NCBI GenBank assembly: GCA_029856125.1
Contig: JAHQWJ010000116.1
Span: 1 to 22,711 of the forward strand
Length of the DNA stretch: 22,711 nt
Reading direction: 5' to 3'
DNA from: Promethearchaeia archaeon
GTDB taxonomy: Archaea; Asgardarchaeota; Lokiarchaeia; Sigyniarchaeales; SOKP01
Shown here: positions 17,554-22,711 of the stretch, one piece after another
Layout: each line of letters opens with the position of its first letter
Position numbering within the stretch: position 1 is the first letter of the stretch
Translations under genes and position numbers: made by a program
Notes under the pieces: model-generated
Seen by the model: the letters and a program-made list of their open reading frames with translations, nothing else
What the model was told of the DNA's origin: nothing
Databases searched by the model: none

Positions 17554-17755
17554 CTCAAATATATAATAATAAATAGCATTAATAAAATTAGGATAAATTC
17601 TTTCTGTTCTTATTAATAGAACGAATTCTCATTAGAATTTACTTTTTAAAAAGACATAAATAATTATCGGTAATTCCAACTCCCATATCTTCGACAATAT
17701 TATCTATAGATTTATCAAAAAAAGATAAATGAAGACAGAAAATAGAATATTAGTT

Positions 17756-18661
17756 TTACATTAAAAAATCTGGGTTTTCATATTCTGGGTGAGGGTATTT
17801 ATAGAAACCCTGGCCTGTCTTTACTCCAAAATGTCCTTTATCAATATAATTAGTTTTAAGATATTCATATATTTTAATTGCTTGTTTATTCCCGGAGGTT
17901 AATGCATGATCTTCGCGTATTCCAAATCCTACATCTAAACCAATACTATCCATAATCCCGAAAATTCCTATCCCCATTTTCATAGTGCTCATCCAAGATT
18001 TATCTAATTGTTGAGGGGTGGTAATTCCATTTGCCACTAACGAAAGTGATTTATTTATCAATCCCAGCAATAATGTATTGATAATATATCCTGGTTGCTC
18101 TTTATCAAGAACGATTGGTATTAAACCAATTCTTCTACCAAATTCGATTGTCATATTAAGTACTTCTTTTGATGTGCCAGGGTGTCCCATAATATCTGTA
18201 TTTTTAGTAATAAATATAGGATTATTGAAGTGAAGCGCCAGAAACCTTTCAGGACGTCCTGTGCTTTCAGCTAATATTGAAGGTCGAAGTGTGGAAGTAT
18301 TTGTAGTAAAGATTGTGTGTTTAGGGCACAATTTATTAAATTTCTCAAATATTTCCTTTTTTAAAGAAACTATTTCAGGTACAGATTCCGAAAGCAAATC
18401 AGCATCCTTTGCCGCATCTGCGGGATCGTTTGTAGTATATATTCTCTTTAGCATTTGATCAGCTTCTTCCCTACTAATTGCTTTTTGTTTTACAATCAAA
18501 TCAGTTCGTTTATGTATATCAGCCCACACTAAATCATTTTTCGCGGGATTTCTTATAAAAATACTAACTTGGTATCCATGCATCGCTGATTGAATGCCAA
18601 TTTGGACTCCCATTGTCCCTGATCCTAATATTAAAACTCGTTTTATATCTTCTATCTTCAT
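17756..18661 (-). CDS. 3-hydroxyacyl-CoA dehydrogenase family protein
   Basis: ILGSGTMG, ESVPE...K, TNTST, LALHF (catalytic His), PGYIIN, D.IGLD, G.KTGQGFY. Confidence 0.92.
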   Translation of the reverse strand: MKIEDIKRVLILGSGTMGVQIGIQSAMHGYQVSIFIRNPAKNDLVWADIHKRTDLIVKQKAISREEADQMLKRIYTTNDPADAAKDADLLSESVPEIVSLKKEIFEKFNKLCPKHTIFTTNTSTLRPSILAESTGRPERFLALHFNNPIFITKNTDIMGHPGTSKEVLNMTIEFGRRIGLIPIVLDKEQPGYIINTLLLGLINKSLSLVANGITTPQQLDKSWMSTMKMGIGIFGIMDSIGLDVGFGIREDHALTSGNKQAIKIYEYLKTNYIDKGHFGVKTGQGFYKYPHPEYENPDFLM

Positions 18662-18732
18662 AATTTACTTTTGTTTTTTATTTTCTTGATAACTATTTCG
18701 TTTATTTATTCTTATTTTTTAAAACTAAACGT

Positions 18733-18751
18733 AAAAAAGTTATCTATCTAA
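18733..18751. repeat. 19-bp direct repeat, copy B
   Basis: Exact match to 15268-15286; contains the TAG stop of the 199-aa gene. Confidence 0.8.
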
Positions 18752-19347
18752 CGCCCTAATAATTTATAGAATCGTGTCTTTTCTTCATCCGTCATCTTAG
18801 TAAGAATGGGTACACCATATTTTGTATGTGGAAAATCCTTAACTTCAGGTGAATGTATAAGTCGTCTAGCGGTAATATTATGAAGGCCCTCTCCATCAAT
18901 CCCCATGAGTGCTTCTCCAATACCAGGTGGCCATATTGGTTTACTTATCAACATTTTTGTTTTTCTACCTTTTCCAGCATTAGTCAAATCATTATTTAAT
19001 ATTTCTTCATCTTTAAACCGCTTATTTTGACCTTTGAGGTCGTAGATAAAGGATGAGGCATGTGCTATTAATGCCCACTCTACACAAGCATGAAATCCAG
19101 GAAGTTCTAGACATTCAGTCGGTATTGATGCTCCTCCGCTGACCTTTCCGTTGTGGATCATAAAATGCCAACCTGCTTTATCACGCCCAGCCAAGAGACG
19201 TTTTGGTAAATGTGTATATTCTTCGCTAAATCCCCAATCAGGTTTACTAAGATCTAATTTACCTTGGTTAAGTAGTTCCACACCTGTACTTGCAGCAAAT
19301 TCACACCACTCTAAAGAACCAAACTCCCACTTCTTGAGTTCATTCAT
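18748..19347 (-). CDS. Hypothetical soluble protein
   Basis: 199 aa, protein-like composition, ATG start, divergent from the PEP-utilising enzyme. Confidence 0.75.
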   Translation of the reverse strand: MNELKKWEFGSLEWCEFAASTGVELLNQGKLDLSKPDWGFSEEYTHLPKRLLAGRDKAGWHFMIHNGKVSGGASIPTECLELPGFHACVEWALIAHASSFIYDLKGQNKRFKDEEILNNDLTNAGKGRKTKMLISKPIWPPGIGEALMGIDGEGLHNITARRLIHSPEVKDFPHTKYGVPILTKMTDEEKTRFYKLLGR

Positions 19348-19560
19348 ATTTTAACTTCTCTCAAATTAAAAATAATAGTTAATTCTTGTATTTTTTCTAA
19401 TATTTTAGTATTGATTTGTGTAAAATAAAAATTTTAGGTTTCAATATTATTACTGAGATTTGCTTACATTTTATATTTGAAATAAGCTTATTAAATGCAC
19501 ATCGTAAATTTAAAATTGTAAACATCACTTACTCAACTATAAATCAAATCGAGGATTGAA

Positions 19561-22380
19561 ATGACTTTTAAATATATAATGCCGATTGACGCTAAAGATG
19601 TCTCCTTGGAAATGGTTGGTGGAAAAGGAAAGTCATTAGCAAGGATGGCATCTGCAGGAATGCAAGTACCAACAGGTTTTTACTTGACGACAGCAGCATA
19701 TAAGGATTTTGTAGAAAAGAATGATTTACAGAAAACAATCATAAATCTAGCAAAGCCAGAAATCATTGGCAAAACAATATCGTTCGAATCAGCATCAAAA
19801 CGTATTCAAGAACTAATAAATGGAGTAGAGATCTCCAATGAGATTGTAGATGAGGTACGGCATGCATATGGAGACTTAGATGGACAGGATCCGGCAATAG
19901 CCGTGCGTTCTTCGGCCAATGCTGAAGACCTACCAGACTTATCCTTTGCCGGTCAACAGGATACTTATTTGAATGTTCGTGGTGCTAAGGCACTAATAAA
20001 AGCTATACGCGATTGTTGGGCATCTCTTTGGACACCACGAGCGATTAGTTACCGACACCAAATGGGGATTGAACAGGATGTGGTCGCCATGGCTGTAGTT
20101 GTACAAATTATGGTACCATCAGATGTATCGGGGATCTTATTTACAGCCAATCCCGTGAATGGTGAAAGATCAGAATTCATCATCAATTCAAGCTTTGGTC
20201 TGGGTGAAGCGGTAGTAGGAGGACAAGTAACGCCAGATACATATGTAGTAGATCGTAAAACTCAAGCTGTAAAAGAAAGGATAATCGGTCCAAAAGCACA
20301 GAAGATTGTTTACAGTGGCAATCAAGGAACAGTATTGCAAGATGTCTCTGAACATGAGCGCAACAAATCGTCTTTATCAGAGGAATTACTAAAGGAATTA
20401 TCATCAACAGCACTTGAAGTAGAAGAACTCTTTAACGGAGTTCCACAAGATATCGAATGGGCTATATCTGATGAAAAACTATGGATGCTACAATCTCGTC
20501 CCATCACAAATCTTCCTCCCCAGCCCATAGAGGTTATTTGGGAACCAACTCCACCAGCAAGGATTCTCGCCCGACGTCAAATCGTAGAAAATATCCCGGA
20601 TCCTTGTAGCCCCTTATTCGATGAGTTGTATCTTACTGAAGGTCTGGAAACCTCTTCAAAAGGAAAAAAACGAAATAGTTACTTTGTTGGGGGCGGTTCC
20701 ATGTTCGTAACTGTAAATGGATACGCTTATCAGCGTTTTGACTTCCCTCAGGTTGTAACTATTCAGGATGAAATAGATGAGGCTCTCACAGGAGAAGAAA
20801 AAGATAATATAATTAAAAAGATTGAAGAACGATGGGTGGAAGAAATGGCTCAAGCGAAAAAACACGATCCCACGATGGAGCAGCATGACTTGAACTTGTT
20901 CTTGGCAGATCTTTCAACAGAGGATTTAAAAGCATATAATGAATGGGCTAAAACAATAGATATTAAAGACATTGCTTATGCGGTGACCATGCCCGAAAGC
21001 AAGAATCCAACTTATATCGCCTTTAACAAGACTAAGGCTAATGAAAAGCAAATTAATGGATGGAAGGAAAAGGCGTTGCCCGACCTTCTTGCCACTGTGG
21101 AAGAATGGCGAAATCTTGATTATAAAACAGCGTCGGATGAAGAATTATTAAGAGGAATTCGCGAATTGGCTACCGCTGGAGGAATGTATTGGTCAAGTAA
21201 CGCAAGTCATACTTTTGGTGTTGCGAAATCGACTGACGATCAACTGCAGACATTTTTGCGAGAAAATCTCCCAGATCATAATTTCACTAGTGGACACTTC
21301 CTGAGTGGTTTTAAATCGAGAACTTTAGAAGCTAATGAGCATATGTTTAAGATCGCTAAACTTATTCAGGCAAACAAAGAGCTTTTTGAATTGGTAGTCA
21401 CAACTCCGCCAAAACGACTGATGCAAACACTACAAAACCATCCTAAAAGTGGTCCAGTGATTAAAGCTATTGAAGACTATCTCAATATTTATGGACATTT
21501 AGGCTTCAGTTTAGACTTTGTCGAACCTCTTCCGATTGAGGATCCTTCAGGGCTTGTAGGCACCTTAAAAACAATGGTCACTGCTAAAAATTATAATCCA
21601 GAAAAACATGGAATTGATGCTACTCGGAAACGTGAACAAGCTATACAGAAGATCGAACAACTTCTCGATGGATTACAGTATTGGCAATTCCGTTATCGCA
21701 ATTGGTTCACCCATCGTTTTTACTTCATCCGTGAGGAAGTTATGTTTTATTTAACCAGTGGTTGGCCAGTTCTTCGGCTTTTCGCTTTAGAACTTGGACG
21801 TCGCCTTGTAGATGTTGGTACAATTACGGCTCCCGATGACGTTTTTTATATGGTTACGGAAGAATTAACCAAAGCCACAAACGCTCGCGAAGAGAACAGA
21901 GCGATACCTGAATATCAACAATTAACCTTTGAGCGCAGAGAGTTGAGAGAGGCACGCAAACGATTGCATCCGCCAGGAACCATTCCAGAAGTTGCTAGTA
22001 ATAATCCCGGTGTAGCATTTAAAGAGACACAAGTAAAGAACGATCCGAATAGTGATATTTTGAGAGGTATTCCAGTTAGTCCTGGAACGGTCACCAGTCC
22101 GGCCAGCTTAATTAAATCGCCAGTAGAATTCGATAAAATGCAGCCTGATTCTACTCTGGTATGCCCCATGACCAACCCTGCATGGACGCCACTATTCGCT
22201 CATGCAACTGGTTTAGTAACAGATATGGGTGGTATTCTTGGACATGGATCCATCGTTGCGAGGGAATACGGCATCCCTGCCGTTGTAGGGACCGGAACAA
22301 GTACTCAACGCATTAAACATGGGCAGACGATTAGAGTTGACGGTGACGCTGGAACTGTCGAGTTAATTCAGGATGAATAA
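19561..22380 (+). CDS. PEP-utilising enzyme with rifampin-phosphotransferase/PigC-like domain order (ATP-grasp, central domain, C-terminal phospho-His swivel)
   Basis: VGGKG, AVRSSA..EDL...SFAGQQDT, GLGEAVV, QDIEWA, LQSRPIT; C-terminal T.PAWTPLF...GGILGHGSIVAREYGIPAV; no PEP-binding TIM barrel. Confidence 0.9.
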   Translation: MTFKYIMPIDAKDVSLEMVGGKGKSLARMASAGMQVPTGFYLTTAAYKDFVEKNDLQKTIINLAKPEIIGKTISFESASKRIQELINGVEISNEIVDEVRHAYGDLDGQDPAIAVRSSANAEDLPDLSFAGQQDTYLNVRGAKALIKAIRDCWASLWTPRAISYRHQMGIEQDVVAMAVVVQIMVPSDVSGILFTANPVNGERSEFIINSSFGLGEAVVGGQVTPDTYVVDRKTQAVKERIIGPKAQKIVYSGNQGTVLQDVSEHERNKSSLSEELLKELSSTALEVEELFNGVPQDIEWAISDEKLWMLQSRPITNLPPQPIEVIWEPTPPARILARRQIVENIPDPCSPLFDELYLTEGLETSSKGKKRNSYFVGGGSMFVTVNGYAYQRFDFPQVVTIQDEIDEALTGEEKDNIIKKIEERWVEEMAQAKKHDPTMEQHDLNLFLADLSTEDLKAYNEWAKTIDIKDIAYAVTMPESKNPTYIAFNKTKANEKQINGWKEKALPDLLATVEEWRNLDYKTASDEELLRGIRELATAGGMYWSSNASHTFGVAKSTDDQLQTFLRENLPDHNFTSGHFLSGFKSRTLEANEHMFKIAKLIQANKELFELVVTTPPKRLMQTLQNHPKSGPVIKAIEDYLNIYGHLGFSLDFVEPLPIEDPSGLVGTLKTMVTAKNYNPEKHGIDATRKREQAIQKIEQLLDGLQYWQFRYRNWFTHRFYFIREEVMFYLTSGWPVLRLFALELGRRLVDVGTITAPDDVFYMVTEELTKATNAREENRAIPEYQQLTFERRELREARKRLHPPGTIPEVASNNPGVAFKETQVKNDPNSDILRGIPVSPGTVTSPASLIKSPVEFDKMQPDSTLVCPMTNPAWTPLFAHATGLVTDMGGILGHGSIVAREYGIPAVVGTGTSTQRIKHGQTIRVDGDAGTVELIQDE

Positions 22381-22458
22381 TTAAAGGAATCTAGATAAAG
22401 AAAACAGTTTTCAAGTCTTTTTTAAAATCATTGATTTATAATTATAGGTAGAAAAACT

Positions 22459-22711
22459 ATGGAAAAAACCAAAATTTTTGATACCAAAGCAGGTAAAATT
22501 CAAGGAATTAAAGACGAGGGTATAGAGATATTTAAAGGAATCCCATACACTGAAAGAATCGTAGGAAAGTTACGTTTTAAACCTCCCGTTCCCGCAAAGC
22601 GATTTCCAGGAGTATTTTTAGCAACGGAATTTGGGCCAATTTGTCCCCAAATTATCTCTCCAAAATTGATAAGTCCACCGAATCCACAAAGCGAACCCGA
22701 TTGTCTTAATT
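22459..22711 (+). CDS. Type-B carboxylesterase/lipase, 5' part (runs off window)
   Basis: Not in the ORF track: MEKTKIFDTKAGKIQG...FKGIPY...VGKLRFKPP...FGPICPQ...SEPDCLN. Confidence 0.88.
   Translation, partial: MEKTKIFDTKAGKIQGIKDEGIEIFKGIPYTERIVGKLRFKPPVPAKRFPGVFLATEFGPICPQIISPKLISPPNPQSEPDCLN

Noticed and set aside
18739-18752. Integron attC site (GTTAGAT fits GTTRRRY)
   Set aside because: No paired RYYYAAC/L-box hairpin of suitable length, the second copy lacks the G, and no integrase is present.
19481-19492. Palindrome AATAAGCTTATT in the divergent promoter (also TAGGT-A-ACCTA near 615)
   Set aside because: Single short palindromes are expected by chance in AT-rich DNA.
129-22175. Antisense or overlapping track ORFs (e.g. 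129-428, 1464-2174, 3061-3351, 5063-5344, 7281-7640, 14830-15126, 15326-15622, 18018-18458, 20183-20886, 21915-22175)
   Set aside because: Shadows of well-supported genes on the opposite strand; no motifs.
19561-22380. Calling this ppsA or rph
   Set aside because: No C-terminal PEP-binding barrel (not PpsA); rifamycin specificity cannot be read from the sequence.
1-22711. CRISPR array, tRNA/rRNA, IS elements
   Set aside because: No regularly spaced repeats, cloverleafs, GC-rich structural RNA, transposase motifs or terminal inverted repeats seen.

Overview
AT-rich window that looks archaeal: GGTGA/GGAGG ribosome-binding sites, oligo-T terminators, an Lrp/AsnC regulator and a multi-PAS kinase. 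An Asgard/Lokiarchaeia-like origin is my inference from style only. Three parts. (1) 1305-4399: a compact sulfur-trafficking operon (TusA/YedF carrier, YeeE/YedE transporter, DsrE-DsrF-DsrH trio), followed by an Lrp/AsnC regulator with a Cys-rich C-terminal tail. (2) ~4450-15300: a shuffled accessory region with 3 intact zinc-independent MDR oxidoreductases plus a C-terminal stub, 3 DUF4386-like membrane proteins, an ABC-2 exporter, an EFR1-type flavodoxin-ferredoxin, small membrane proteins and gene stumps (proline iminopeptidase, flavodoxin). A 25-bp RBS+ATT leader recurs three times, and short exact direct repeats sit at gene ends. (3) 15289-22711: a 3xPAS histidine kinase behind a palindromic operator, a 3-hydroxyacyl-CoA dehydrogenase, a hypothetical protein, a rifampin-phosphotransferase-architecture PEP-utilising enzyme and the start of a type-B carboxylesterase. 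The first 900 bp hold an oxidoreductase 3' end, a UDP-glucose dehydrogenase stump and a small TRASH-like protein. I saw no rRNA, tRNA, CRISPR array, transposase or integrase. All family calls come from motif recognition by eye, not database searches.
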